Origin: Candidatus Pampinifervens sinense | GTDB lineage: Bacteria; Aquificota; Aquificia; Aquificales; Aquificaceae | Direction: 5' to 3' | DNA length: 64,000 nucleotides | NCBI GenBank assembly: GCA_037927135.1 | Contig: JAXSPP010000009.1 | Span: 1 to 64,000, forward strand | Shown here: positions 29,350 through 39,738 of the stretch, in pieces | Layout of the letters: the number at the start of each line of letters is the position of its first letter | Position numbering within the stretch: the stretch's first letter is position 1 | Translations under genes and position numbers: made by a program | The notes under the pieces: model-generated | Told to the model about the DNA's origin: nothing | Seen by the model: only the letters and a program-made list of their open reading frames with translations | Database searches by the model: none

Positions 29350-29897
29350 AAGGTGCAAGCCTTACTTTTAATTTCAAGTTCTTTACAAACTTTCCTACAG
29401 TAATTTTTACTTTCAATCATACTTTCTTGATCGTTAATTACAAAAAACTTTCCGTCAAAATCATACACTTTAGCCCTGCAATAATCCTCTTTCTTGCCAT
29501 ATATGGAGTATTCATAAACTTTTAGTTTTTCCTCAAGCTTTACATTGTAAGAATACCTTCCAGCGCCTCCTGTACCAACCAAAAATATAGCATCTTTGTA
29601 TTTATCTCCATCTTTAATTTTAGCAACTTGAAAATTGTTGTCTTTATAAATTAAAAGAACTGTAAGGTCCGTTGTGGCACCCATACTTGCAAAATGAACC
29701 AAAATTAGATTTTTAGACCTACCCACAATGAAGGGCTTTTCAAAAAGGTTGTCGCTCCTGATTATAAACTCAGAACTCCTATAGTTGCTAAAGGACTTTT
29801 TTATGAATTCTTTTAACTTATTTTCGTCAATCTCCGGCTGGGACATAGAAAAGCCAAAAAATAGGAAAAGGATAAAAAGAAGCCTTGTAAAAACCAT
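29346..29897 (-). CDS. Hypothetical exported protein (AT-rich)
   Basis: Signal-peptide-like N-terminus, four C-terminal Cys, own TAAAAT box. Confidence 0.65.
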   Translation of the reverse strand: MVFTRLLFILFLFFGFSMSQPEIDENKLKEFIKKSFSNYRSSEFIIRSDNLFEKPFIVGRSKNLILVHFASMGATTDLTVLLIYKDNNFQVAKIKDGDKYKDAIFLVGTGGAGRYSYNVKLEEKLKVYEYSIYGKKEDYCRAKVYDFDGKFFVINDQESMIESKNYCRKVCKELEIKSKACTF

Positions 29898-29913
29898 AGG
29901 TATAATTTTACAC

Positions 29914-31455
29914 CTATCCTTTTCTTTTACGCACTAAAACATCTTTAAAAAGAAGATAAAAGATAGGAACACTTCCCAACAGGGCCCAAAGGCCAGCTAA
30001 AAATAGGGTGGAGCCAAAGGCATCAGATAGGGCATAGAGGCTTTGAAGCTGGTAGAAGAGGGCTTGTGCCTTTTCTTGAGACTGATGGGTGAGGAGGCTA
30101 AGTTCTTGAGACCACCTTTGGATATGCATCTGGACCCATTGTATATTTTGCACTTCTGTGCTTCTTTGGAAGTTTTCTGTAGCAAACCTTTGAAGGTCGT
30201 TGGTGGCCAAGGCTGTACCAAAGGAGCCTCCCACAAAGCGTATGTAGTGCATAAGGCTAACTCCAAATGTAGTTTTTTCTCCCAAGCTCCTTAGGGCCAT
30301 CTGGGTTATGGGGGCAAAGAAAAAGCCCATGCCCACACCCATAAGGGTAAGGTATAGTATGGCAGTATCTTTTGGAGTAAAGTAGTTTAGCCTTGGAAGA
30401 AGTAGGAAGTTAACAAGGAGATAGCTAAGGGTGGCTATGTAGAGGGCTAATTTGGGGGATTTTTTATCAGATATTAGTCCTGCCACTGGAGACAAAAGGC
30501 CTATGGCGAGGGCCATGGGGAGGATGGCAAGGCCTGCCTGAAGGGTGGTATAGCCCTTTAACTTTTCAAAGTAAAGGGGAATAAGGTAAAAGACCTGATA
30601 CATGGAAAAGCCAAGCACAAAGCAATAGACCCAAAGAGCTATCAAAAACTCCCTTATCTTAAAGAGGGAGTAATCTATTAGCCTGTTTTTGGAAAGGGTC
30701 TCCCACAAGAAGAAGAGCAAAAGTGAAAAGACAGAAAGGATAGTAAGGTAAAGGATAAAGTCGCTGTAAAACCAGCCCTCCTTTTGGCCCCTTGAGAGGA
30801 CTATAAGAAGGCTAACGGTAAAGCTTGTCAAAAATAAATAGGACAAAGGATTAAGTTTTACCTTGTGCTGTGGCCTGTAGTCCTTTAAAAAGAAAAAGGC
30901 CAAAGCAAAGTTAAAAATGCCTATGGGTAGGTTTATGTAAAATATCCATCGCCAGTCTATATGTTCTGTTATCCATCCGCCCAAGGTAGGTCCAAGGGCT
31001 GGCGCAAAACTAGCCCCCAAGCCATATATGCCCATGGCAAGGCCTCTTTTTTCCGGTGCGTAGGCGGAAAAGAGCAAAGCCTCTGCGCTCACCACTATAA
31101 GAGATTCTCCAAAGCCTTGCACAGTCCTTGATGCCACCATCCACTCCAAGGATTGGGCTTGACCGCAGAAGAAGGAAGATGTGGTAAAAAGGAAAAGGCC
31201 CAAGAGAAATACCTTCTTTCGGCCCATTATGCCCTCCAGCCACTCTACCAAAAGGATGGCGCTTGCGGCTGAGGTCATGTAAGCTGTTATTACCCATTGC
31301 ACGCCGTAGAAGTCCGTAGAAAGGGGTGCTATCATCTTTGGCACCACAATATCTACGATGGTGGTGTCCAAAATGGCCATAAAGACGCCAACCATCAAAG
31401 AAAAGGTCAATATGATCCTCTCTACTGGGCTTAAAGTCTCGTGAAAGGGCCTCAT
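29914..31455 (-). CDS. emrB: DHA2 (EmrB/QacA) MFS efflux permease
   Basis: MAILDTTIV, QWVITAY, APALGPTLGGW, WRWIFYINLPIG. Confidence 0.9.
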   Translation of the reverse strand: MRPFHETLSPVERIILTFSLMVGVFMAILDTTIVDIVVPKMIAPLSTDFYGVQWVITAYMTSAASAILLVEWLEGIMGRKKVFLLGLFLFTTSSFFCGQAQSLEWMVASRTVQGFGESLIVVSAEALLFSAYAPEKRGLAMGIYGLGASFAPALGPTLGGWITEHIDWRWIFYINLPIGIFNFALAFFFLKDYRPQHKVKLNPLSYLFLTSFTVSLLIVLSRGQKEGWFYSDFILYLTILSVFSLLLFFLWETLSKNRLIDYSLFKIREFLIALWVYCFVLGFSMYQVFYLIPLYFEKLKGYTTLQAGLAILPMALAIGLLSPVAGLISDKKSPKLALYIATLSYLLVNFLLLPRLNYFTPKDTAILYLTLMGVGMGFFFAPITQMALRSLGEKTTFGVSLMHYIRFVGGSFGTALATNDLQRFATENFQRSTEVQNIQWVQMHIQRWSQELSLLTHQSQEKAQALFYQLQSLYALSDAFGSTLFLAGLWALLGSVPIFYLLFKDVLVRKRKG

Positions 31456-32570
31456 TCCCTCTTTATCTCCACCCTTCCACCCATGCCCACCCTCAAAAGG
31501 CTAAGGTCTCCCTTTGTTATCCTTATCTTTACAGGTATCCTTTGCACCACCTTTGTAAACTCTCCTGCAGATATGTCCCTTGGCACAAGGGCAAAGGTAG
31601 CGGCGGAAGCCGGGCTTATCTCTTCTACCACACCCTCAAAAACCACCTTTGGATAGGCATCAAGCCTTATGTAGGCCTTTGAACCTACCTTTACACCCCT
31701 TAGTTTGTCCTCCTCCAGCAGAACCTCCACATAGTAGGAATTTTCCTTTATGAGGCTAAAGGCAGGCTGGCCAGCTTTTACCGTATCTCCCACGCTTACA
31801 AACCTCTTTGCCACCACACCATCAAAGGGGCTAACCAGAAGGGTCCTCTTTAGGTCCAGCCTTGCCTTCTCAAGCTTGGCTTTTAAACCTTTTAACTCTC
31901 CCTCCATGGCCTCTATCCTTTTGTCAATCTCTTTAAGGCTTAGCTCTTCCGCCTTTGCTATGCCATACTCCTTTTCAAGCCTTTGGATGGAAATGTTCAG
32001 CTCCTTTATGTTGGCCTCAAGGGCAGAAAGCCTTGAAAGGAATACCTTATACTGGGTGTCCACCTGCTCAAACCTTTGGCTTGGTACAAGCCCTTTTTCT
32101 AAAAGATTTTTTAACCTTTCCCTGTCCTTGGAAAGTTGGTCAAGCTGTGCTTTCATCTCCTCCCTTTGGCCCAAAAGGGCCTTTTTCTTTTCTCTTAGCT
32201 CCTCTATTGAATCCTTTACAGCACCTGCTTTTAGGCCCACCTGCTTATTAAGCTTTTCCCTTTGGACCTTCAAAGCCGATATCTGAGCTTCCAAAGACCT
32301 GATGTTTTCTTCAAGACCTTCTACCGCTATTTTGTAGTCTGTGTCTTCAAGCCTTGCCAAAGGCTCACCGGCCTTTACCCTGTCCCCCACATCTTTATAG
32401 ACCTCCACCACCCTACCGCTTACTTCAAAGGCCACATTGCTCATGCTGTCCGACCTTACAAAGACCGCATCGCTTATGGCGTAGTCCATCCTATGCTTTA
32501 TCCATCGGTAGGAAAAAAAGGAAAAGACCAAAAGCAAGATTATAAGGATGGTAATCCCCAGTCTCTTCAT
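31452..32570 (-). CDS. emrA: EmrA/HlyD-family membrane fusion protein with a long coiled coil
   Basis: SDAVFV, VSGRV, SPFDGVV, GEFTKVVQRIPVKI. Confidence 0.9.
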   Translation of the reverse strand: MKRLGITILIILLLVFSFFSYRWIKHRMDYAISDAVFVRSDSMSNVAFEVSGRVVEVYKDVGDRVKAGEPLARLEDTDYKIAVEGLEENIRSLEAQISALKVQREKLNKQVGLKAGAVKDSIEELREKKKALLGQREEMKAQLDQLSKDRERLKNLLEKGLVPSQRFEQVDTQYKVFLSRLSALEANIKELNISIQRLEKEYGIAKAEELSLKEIDKRIEAMEGELKGLKAKLEKARLDLKRTLLVSPFDGVVAKRFVSVGDTVKAGQPAFSLIKENSYYVEVLLEEDKLRGVKVGSKAYIRLDAYPKVVFEGVVEEISPASAATFALVPRDISAGEFTKVVQRIPVKIRITKGDLSLLRVGMGGRVEIKRE

Positions 32571-33835
32571 AGCTCTCCCACCTCTCTTAAAAGTTCAAAG
32601 TAAGCCTTAAGAAGATCATAGTAGGCTATGACTTTTGCTTTCCTTGCTTGAGTGAGGCTTGCCTCTGCGCCAAGCAAATCCGTGCCGCTTATTATCTGGT
32701 TTCTATACTGCTCAAGGGAAAGCCTGTAGAACTCTTCTGCAAACTTTAGGTTTTCTTCGGCCACTCGTAGGTTGTCCCTTGCGGTAAGAAGCCTCTCATA
32801 GGCAGACTTTATGCCCAAGACTATCTTTTCTGTGATGTCCTTTAGCTCTTCTTTGGACTTCTTTTCTTCTTCTACATAGGACAAGGCCCTGTAGTAAGAA
32901 CTAAAAGCATTAAAGCTAAGGCTTACACCGGCGCTAAGAGTAAAAAAGCCCTTGGGGTATACGTTGGGGTTTTGGTCCGAGTAGTTATACAAAGCCTCCA
33001 AAAAGGCCTTTGGATAAAAGGCAGAAAGCTCAAGCCTTCTTTTTAGCCTTGCCACTTCTATGCTTTCCTTTGCCAGCCTTATGGCTGGCCTTTGGACCAT
33101 GGCCTTATTTATGAGTTCTTTTAAATCCGGAACCTCCACCTGACTTTTTATAGGCTCTAGCTCCTTTAGTCTCTCTTCCTCTATGCCCGTAAGCCTTGAA
33201 AGATTTGCCAAGGCTATACGGTAGCTTCCTTCTGCCTGTCTTAGGTCCCTTTCTACCTCCGCCAGCCTTACCTTTGCCTGAAGCACGTCCGTGATGGCCA
33301 CAAGACCCTCCTTATAAAAGGCTTCTCTCTGCCTTAGGTCCGCCTCTATGGCCTCCCTTTGCTTTCTTATGACTTCCATCTGGTCCAAGGAAGATAGCAC
33401 CAGAAGGTAAGCCCTTATCACCTCAAGCCTAAGGTCCAAGAGAGCCTCCTTGTATTCCTCCTCTGAAACCTTTAAAAGCCTCTCTGATATGGCCACCTTG
33501 GAAGACCTCTGACCCCCATCAAAGATTATCTGCCTTATGCCTGCCTGAAAGCTTTGGTATGTATCCTTTGAACTCTCTACCACAAGGGGTGGAAGGCCTC
33601 CAAAGGCTGGTATGCTTATGGACTGCCTCTCCGACTGCCAAGAAAACTTGTAGTTTAATAAAAACTCCGGATAATAAAGGCCCTTGTCCGCCTTCAGCTG
33701 TAGCTTGGCCCCCTCTATGGCATACCTCTTGGAAAGAAGGCTTGCGTTCTTCTCTTCTGCAGACTTCAAAAGCTCCTCAAGAGTTAGGGAAAAGGAAAGG
33801 CTAAAAAGACAAAGCAAAAGGCCTACGACCCACAT
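32567..33835 (-). CDS. TolC-family outer membrane efflux protein
   Basis: Signal peptide and two OEP repeats (IFDGG, YKEG..TDVLQA, TDLLGAE). Confidence 0.9.
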   Translation of the reverse strand: MWVVGLLLCLFSLSFSLTLEELLKSAEEKNASLLSKRYAIEGAKLQLKADKGLYYPEFLLNYKFSWQSERQSISIPAFGGLPPLVVESSKDTYQSFQAGIRQIIFDGGQRSSKVAISERLLKVSEEEYKEALLDLRLEVIRAYLLVLSSLDQMEVIRKQREAIEADLRQREAFYKEGLVAITDVLQAKVRLAEVERDLRQAEGSYRIALANLSRLTGIEEERLKELEPIKSQVEVPDLKELINKAMVQRPAIRLAKESIEVARLKRRLELSAFYPKAFLEALYNYSDQNPNVYPKGFFTLSAGVSLSFNAFSSYYRALSYVEEEKKSKEELKDITEKIVLGIKSAYERLLTARDNLRVAEENLKFAEEFYRLSLEQYRNQIISGTDLLGAEASLTQARKAKVIAYYDLLKAYFELLREVGEL

Positions 33836-34401
33836 TTTAGACCCCTAAAGATCACATCAAGCCCCTCTTGTGCCTCTTGAAGTATCTCCTCAAGCCCTGC
33901 GTTGTTCAAAAGTAGCCTCTCCATATACAAAAGCCTCATATAGCCCACAATGAGATTTACCAAGGTCTTCACACTTCCGCATCTAAACTCACCCTCCTTG
34001 TAGCCCTTTTCCACCATCTTGGTCAGCAAGGCCAAAATGTTCTCCATGTGCTTTTTGTGAAGCCTTTTAAACTCCTCCCTGTTGCAAAGGAGTTCAAAGA
34101 AGAAGACATAGGCTATGTGCCTGTCTTGATAGCATTCTACCAAAAAGTCCCTTATATGCCCCCTTATCATCTCCTCCGCAGAAAGGCCCTTATTTAGCCA
34201 CCTTCTCATTATCTCTTTTGTCCTTTCTGCCATGCTGTTTATAAGCTCTTCCATAAGCTGGTCCTTGCTCTTAAAGTAGAAGTAAAAGGCTCCCTTTGAA
34301 AGGCCCGCATGTTTTACTATGTCCTCCACAGTGGTGTGGTTGTAGCCCTTTTTGGAAAATAGCTCCTTGGCAGACTGGATTATCTTTTCCCTTGTGCTCA
34401 T
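33823..34401 (-). CDS. TetR/AcrR family transcriptional regulator
   Basis: TREKIIQSAKELFSKKGYNHTTVEDIVKHAGLSKGAFYFYFKSKDQL HTH. Confidence 0.95.
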   Translation of the reverse strand: MSTREKIIQSAKELFSKKGYNHTTVEDIVKHAGLSKGAFYFYFKSKDQLMEELINSMAERTKEIMRRWLNKGLSAEEMIRGHIRDFLVECYQDRHIAYVFFFELLCNREEFKRLHKKHMENILALLTKMVEKGYKEGEFRCGSVKTLVNLIVGYMRLLYMERLLLNNAGLEEILQEAQEGLDVIFRGLKCGS

Positions 34402-35618
34402 CTTGTTAACCTCTCAAGCCTCGCAAGGCTTGTGTTGTAAAGGTAAAGGGTATAGTAATAGCTTTCCAGAAGGCTGTTGTAGTTGTTTATGGCGTCAAGC
34501 ACCTCAAGCTGGCTTGCCACACCAAACCTATACCTTTCTGTAGAAAGTCTCAAGGACTCTTTTGCAGACTCAAGGGAAAGCTCAAGAGCATTTAGCTGTG
34601 CCTTCAAAGACTCAAGGTCAAGGAGCGTCTTTCTTAGCTCTGCCCTCTGGCTTGCCTCCACATCCTTTAATTTTTCCATCTGTTTTAGCACATCAAGCTT
34701 GGCTTGAGCTACATTGGCCTCCCTTGCAAAGCCGTCAAATATTTTGTAATTTAGCCTCACTCCAAAGGTGTAGCCCTCCACCATTTTGTCGCTACCCCCC
34801 AACCTTGCAGTGTTTCCTTGATAGGTGGCAAAGGCAGAAAGGCTTGGATAGTATTGGGCCTTTTGCACCTCCACTGCTTTTTCAAGCACTTCAAGGCTCT
34901 TTTTTGCAACTTTTATAGTGCTGTTGTTCTCCAAAAGCTTTTCATAGTCCTCCTGTTTGTATTCTATGGCCCTTAGCTCTCCCTCCGGTTCTATGTCCTC
35001 CCCCTCATACTTGAGGAAGCTTTTAAAGTCCTCAAGGCTCTTTTTGTAATCTGCCTTAGCCTTTTCAAGGTCTGCCTTTGCCCTCTCAAGCTGTGCCTTT
35101 GCCCTCATAAGCTCCACCTTTGGCAAAATGCCTGCCTCAAACTTCGCCTGTGCAAGCTTTAAGTTCTCCTCCCAATAGCGCAAGTTCTCCTGAGCTATCC
35201 TTACCACCTCCTTTTTGTAAAGGAGAGCATAAAAGAGCTGTTTGGTCTGAAACTGCACCTCCCTCAAAACATCCTCATAGATAAGCCTTTGTAATTCTTC
35301 TTGATCTCTTGCAAGCTTTATGCCCTCAAAGACGGACTTGTCAAAGATGGTCTGGTCAAGCTCAAAGGTGTAGCTATGCCTGTTTTTGGGAGTGAAGCCA
35401 AAGGCAAGATCTTCCCCAAGCCTTGTATAGCTGTAAGAAAAGCTTATCTGTGGCAGTATGCCAGCCCTTGCCTTTTTTATGCTTTCTTTTGCCTTCTCTA
35501 TATCCAAAAGGGAGAGTTTGGCCTGTGTGTGGTTTTTTATGGCAAGCTCCAAGGCCCTATCAAGGGTCAAAGAAAAGACAAAGGAAAAACTCATCAAAAG
35601 CCAAAGTATGAGTCTCAT
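34398..35618 (-). CDS. TolC-family outer membrane efflux protein
   Basis: Signal peptide and OEP repeats (FEAGILPKVEL, IFDGF, RYRFGVASQLEVLDA). Confidence 0.9.
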   Translation of the reverse strand: MRLILWLLMSFSFVFSLTLDRALELAIKNHTQAKLSLLDIEKAKESIKKARAGILPQISFSYSYTRLGEDLAFGFTPKNRHSYTFELDQTIFDKSVFEGIKLARDQEELQRLIYEDVLREVQFQTKQLFYALLYKKEVVRIAQENLRYWEENLKLAQAKFEAGILPKVELMRAKAQLERAKADLEKAKADYKKSLEDFKSFLKYEGEDIEPEGELRAIEYKQEDYEKLLENNSTIKVAKKSLEVLEKAVEVQKAQYYPSLSAFATYQGNTARLGGSDKMVEGYTFGVRLNYKIFDGFAREANVAQAKLDVLKQMEKLKDVEASQRAELRKTLLDLESLKAQLNALELSLESAKESLRLSTERYRFGVASQLEVLDAINNYNSLLESYYYTLYLYNTSLARLERLTR

Positions 35619-36664
35619 CTTACCTCCACCTTCATACCTTGCTGTAGCACATAGGCATTGTCAAGGGCTATCCTATCTCCATCCTTCAAATCCCCCTTTA
35701 CATAAACCATTCCATTTTGGCCTTCTTTTATCACCTCCACTTCCACCGCTTGAGCCACACCATTCTCTATGCGCCAAAGTATGTTTTTATTCCCTTGTAG
35801 GACCACAGCCCTCTCTGGCACCGCAAAGGCCCTCTCTGTTTTTATAACCAATCTGGCTTCACCATACATGCCCGGCTTTAGCTCACCTTTTGGATTGGAA
35901 AGCTTAGCCTTTATGGTTATAAGCCTACTGCTGTCCGCCACAGGAGATACAAAGAAAACCTTTCCTTCCAAATCTCCAAAGGGTTCCACTTTTATCTTTA
36001 CAGTTGAACCCTTTTTGGCGTAGGGAAGGTACTCTTGGGGCACCTGAAAAACAAACCTTATGGGATCAAGGGCCACAAGGCGAAAAGTCTGGCTCTGGGG
36101 TGTTATGTAGTCCCCTACGTTTACAAACCTTTGGGCTATGTACCCAGAAAAGGGTGCCCTCAAGGTTGTTCTCTCAAGGTTTAGCCTTGCGTTGTTTAGC
36201 TGTGCATAAAGGCTTTTTATAAGCTCCTCTTGTGCCTTTAGCTGTGTTTTGACATTTTCATACTCTTCCCTTGCTATAAGCTCTTTTTCAAACAAAAGCC
36301 TTCTTCTTTCCACAATGGCCTTTTGATTCTCGTAGTTTGCTTTGGCTTGGCTTATCTGGGCTTCTATCTGTCTTACTATGTTTTCATAGTCGGCAGGGTC
36401 TATCTTCAAAAGGGGCTCTCCAGCCTTTACAAAGCTTCCTTCATCTACAAAAAGGCTAAGGACCCTACCGCTTACCAAGGGTCTAAGCACTATGTCTTTT
36501 TCCCCTTCAAAGTATCCCTTTGTGGCATACTCTATGGGAACCTCTTCAGACTTTACGGTGTAAAGGCTAACTACCACCTTTCTCTCTTGGGGCTTTTGCA
36601 CTTCCCTTTTTTGACAGGAGAAGGCAAAAATCACCAAAAGGGCAAGCCATAAAAGCTTTCTCAT
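35615..36664 (-). CDS. RND periplasmic adaptor (AcrA-like) lipoprotein
   Basis: Lipobox FAFSC, VSGRV, RAPFSG, LKPGMY, VPERAV. Confidence 0.92.
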   Translation of the reverse strand: MRKLLWLALLVIFAFSCQKREVQKPQERKVVVSLYTVKSEEVPIEYATKGYFEGEKDIVLRPLVSGRVLSLFVDEGSFVKAGEPLLKIDPADYENIVRQIEAQISQAKANYENQKAIVERRRLLFEKELIAREEYENVKTQLKAQEELIKSLYAQLNNARLNLERTTLRAPFSGYIAQRFVNVGDYITPQSQTFRLVALDPIRFVFQVPQEYLPYAKKGSTVKIKVEPFGDLEGKVFFVSPVADSSRLITIKAKLSNPKGELKPGMYGEARLVIKTERAFAVPERAVVLQGNKNILWRIENGVAQAVEVEVIKEGQNGMVYVKGDLKDGDRIALDNAYVLQQGMKVEVR

Positions 36665-36673
36665 AGTGCCTTT

Positions 36674-36707
36674 ATTATAACATACCGACCGGTCGGTCGG
36701 TTATAAT
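36674..36707. promoter_or_regulatory. Divergent -10 boxes flanking a palindromic TetR-type operator
   Basis: ATTATAAC...GTTATAAT (TATAAT on both strands) around the perfect palindrome ACCGACCGGTCGGT (36684-36697). Confidence 0.8.
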
Positions 36708-36715
36708 ATCTTGCC

Positions 36716-39700
36716 ATGTACAGGTTCTTTATACACAGGCCAGTGACCTCTTGGATGTTCATGATAGCCTTTATTTTGCTTGGCCTATACTCCCTCAGGG
36801 TTGTGCCCATAGATCGCCTTCCCGATGTGGACTTTCCTACAGTCACAATCGTTACCAACTATCCTGGTGCCAACGCCTATGTGGTGGATGTGAATATAAC
36901 AAGGGAGATAGAGGACCAAATAGCCACTATAAGCGGTATAGAAAGCATAACCTCCGTTAGCTTTGCTGGCACCTCCCGTATAACCATAACCTTTTCCCTT
37001 GAGAAGGACATAGACGTGGCAGCACAGGAGGTAAGGGATGCAGTCCAAAGGGCTTTAAGTAGGCTTCCGGAGGGTGTGGACCCACCTTTGGTAAGGAAGG
37101 TAGACACTTCCCTTGCCCCCGTCTTTGTGGCCTTGCTTCACTCAAAGACGGCAGACTATCAAACCTTAGCCTACTGGGCCGACAAGGTAATAAAGAGGGA
37201 GTTTGAAAGGATAAACGGCGTGGGACAGGTGGACCTTGGGGGCTTCAGGGACTATGTGCTATGGGTTAGGATTGACCCAGAAAGGCTATACTCAAGAAAC
37301 TTGGCCATTCAAGATGTGGTAGAGGCTATAAAGAAAAACCATTTAGAGTCTCCAGCGGGAGCCATCTACGGTAAAGACAGAGAGTACATAATAAGGCTCT
37401 ATGGAAAAGTCAAGGATCCAAAGGAATTGGAAGGTGTGTATATAAAAAACGGTGTAAGGCTAAAGGATGTGGGCTTTGTGGAGTTTACAGAGGATGAGTT
37501 TAGAGGCATGGCAAGATATAAGGGGGAGCAGGCTATAGCCCTTGTGGTCTATAAGCAATCAAAGGCAAACACAGTAGCCGTTGTGGATGCAATAAAGAGA
37601 AAGATGGAAGAGCTAAACAGACAGCTTCCCCCTGACATGCGCATTGATTACACCTTTGACTCTTCCATCTTTGTAAAGGACAGCGTAAAGGCGGCCATAG
37701 AGGAGATCATCATAGGTAGCCTCCTTACAGCCCTTGTGGTCTATTTCTTCCTTGGCAGTCTAAGGCTTACCCTTGTTCCCATCTTTGCCATACCCATAAC
37801 CCTTTTGGGAACGGTCTTTTTTATATACCAGCTTGGAAACTCTTTAAACACCTTTACCCTCCTTGCCCTTGCGGTGGCGGTAGGCATAGTCATAGACGAT
37901 GCCATAGTGGTGCTAGAAAGTATCTTTAGAAGAAGGTATGAGGAGGGCCTTGAACCTTTGCAGGCAGGAGAGGTGGGGACCAGAATAGTCATCTTTGCCC
38001 TTTTGGCCTCCACCGCCTCTTTGGTAATAGTGTTTATTCCCATCATCTTTTTAAAGGGTGTGGTAGGCAAGCTCTTTGGTAGCTTTGCCCTCACTTTAGT
38101 GATAGCCATAGCCCTCTCTTACCTAGTTGCCATAAGCTTTACACCCATGGCGGTTTCAAGGCTTGTAAAAGGCGAAGAACCCTCAAACCCCTTTACAAGA
38201 GCATACCAAAGCTTTGAAGCCTTTTTTGATAGGCTTTTGAGATGGTCCCTTGACCACAAGACCATTGTTATAGCCCTCTCACTCATAAGCGTTTTCATAG
38301 GCTTCCAGCTCTTTAGGGCTACTAAGAAAGAATTCTTCCCCATAGTGGATGAAGGGAGATTTCTTATAAGGTTTGAAACGCCTACCGGCTCTTCCTTTGA
38401 ATACACAAGGAAAAAGGCGGAAGAGATAGAAAGGATCCTCTTGAAGAACCCTTATGTGGACCGCTTTGGTATGGCTGTGGGTCAAGGTGTGGCGGGAAGG
38501 CCTGATGTGAACGGTGGCATAGGCTTTGTGTATCTGAAGGAAGGGAAAAGACCCCATCAGGCCAAGATCATGGAAATGGTAAGGGAAGACCTTAAAAAGA
38601 TAAAGGATGTAAGGATAAGCATAGAGCCACCGGGCATAGTGGGACCGGCGGGTGGAAGGCTTGTGGACCTTCAGTATGTCATAAAAGGCCCATCCCTTGA
38701 AGAGCTACAAAACATCTCAGAGAGGTTGGTAAAAGAGTTTAGAAATAGGCCAGGCTACAGAGATGTGGATACGGACCTAAGATTAAACGAGCCTCAGGTG
38801 CAGATAAGGGTAAAGAGAGAAAAGCTTGGAGACCTTGGGGTAAGCGTGGAGGACATAGCCCTTACATTGAACGTGCTTTTCGGAAAGTTCCAGCTTGGCA
38901 CCTATGAGCTCGGTGCAGAAAGCTACGACCTTTACATTAAAGCCTTGCCAAGCTTTGTGGAAAATAGGGAAAACCTTAAAAAGGTATTTGTAAGGAACTT
39001 CAAGGGAGAGCTAATACCCCTTACGGAGCTTGTGGAAATGGAGGTTGCCACTGGATACAAGGCCATAAACCGCTACAACAGGCAATACTCTTTTACCTTC
39101 TTTGCCAACCTTTCACCAGACAAGCCTTTGGCAGAGGCGGTGGAGGAGCTCACAAGTTGGCTTAAAAGCAACCTTCCCCCTGGCTATACCTTTGAGCCTG
39201 TAGGTCAGGCTAAAGAGTTTCAAAGGGCCTTTCAAGGCCTTGGCTTTGCCCTCATCTTTGCCCTTGTGGGTGTTTACATGGTCTTGGCCTCCCTCTTTGA
39301 AAGCTACAAATACCCCTTCTTGGTGCTTTTAATGGTGCCCTTGGCCATATCTGGAACCTTTGGCCTCCTCTTTTTTACCAACACATCCTTAAGCGTCCCC
39401 TCCTACTTTGGCATAATACTGCTTGTGGGCATAATAGTGAGGGATGCGGTCCTCTTCATTGAGAGGATAATACAGCTAAGAAAGGAAGGTGTGCCTGTGC
39501 GCGAAGCCATTCTTCAAGCAAGAAAGGAAAGGCTAAGGCCCATTCTGATGACTACCCTTACCATAGTTTCGGCCCTTATGCCTGTAGCCCTAGGCCTTAC
39601 TGCGGGATCGGAGCTCAGAAAACCTTTGGCCCTTGCCGTCATAGGTGGAATATTGACAGGCTTGCCCCTCAGCCTCTTCCTACTTCCCGTTCTCTACGAG

Positions 39701-39721
39701 CTTTTTAGCAGGAGAAGATAA
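36716..39721 (+). CDS. AcrB/AcrD/AcrF family RND efflux transporter
   Basis: FIHRPV, GIVIDDAIVVLE, RLRPILMTT; 1001 aa. Confidence 0.95.
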   Translation: MYRFFIHRPVTSWMFMIAFILLGLYSLRVVPIDRLPDVDFPTVTIVTNYPGANAYVVDVNITREIEDQIATISGIESITSVSFAGTSRITITFSLEKDIDVAAQEVRDAVQRALSRLPEGVDPPLVRKVDTSLAPVFVALLHSKTADYQTLAYWADKVIKREFERINGVGQVDLGGFRDYVLWVRIDPERLYSRNLAIQDVVEAIKKNHLESPAGAIYGKDREYIIRLYGKVKDPKELEGVYIKNGVRLKDVGFVEFTEDEFRGMARYKGEQAIALVVYKQSKANTVAVVDAIKRKMEELNRQLPPDMRIDYTFDSSIFVKDSVKAAIEEIIIGSLLTALVVYFFLGSLRLTLVPIFAIPITLLGTVFFIYQLGNSLNTFTLLALAVAVGIVIDDAIVVLESIFRRRYEEGLEPLQAGEVGTRIVIFALLASTASLVIVFIPIIFLKGVVGKLFGSFALTLVIAIALSYLVAISFTPMAVSRLVKGEEPSNPFTRAYQSFEAFFDRLLRWSLDHKTIVIALSLISVFIGFQLFRATKKEFFPIVDEGRFLIRFETPTGSSFEYTRKKAEEIERILLKNPYVDRFGMAVGQGVAGRPDVNGGIGFVYLKEGKRPHQAKIMEMVREDLKKIKDVRISIEPPGIVGPAGGRLVDLQYVIKGPSLEELQNISERLVKEFRNRPGYRDVDTDLRLNEPQVQIRVKREKLGDLGVSVEDIALTLNVLFGKFQLGTYELGAESYDLYIKALPSFVENRENLKKVFVRNFKGELIPLTELVEMEVATGYKAINRYNRQYSFTFFANLSPDKPLAEAVEELTSWLKSNLPPGYTFEPVGQAKEFQRAFQGLGFALIFALVGVYMVLASLFESYKYPFLVLLMVPLAISGTFGLLFFTNTSLSVPSYFGIILLVGIIVRDAVLFIERIIQLRKEGVPVREAILQARKERLRPILMTTLTIVSALMPVALGLTAGSELRKPLALAVIGGILTGLPLSLFLLPVLYELFSRRR

Positions 39722-39738
39722 TTTAAAATATCTTTTCC

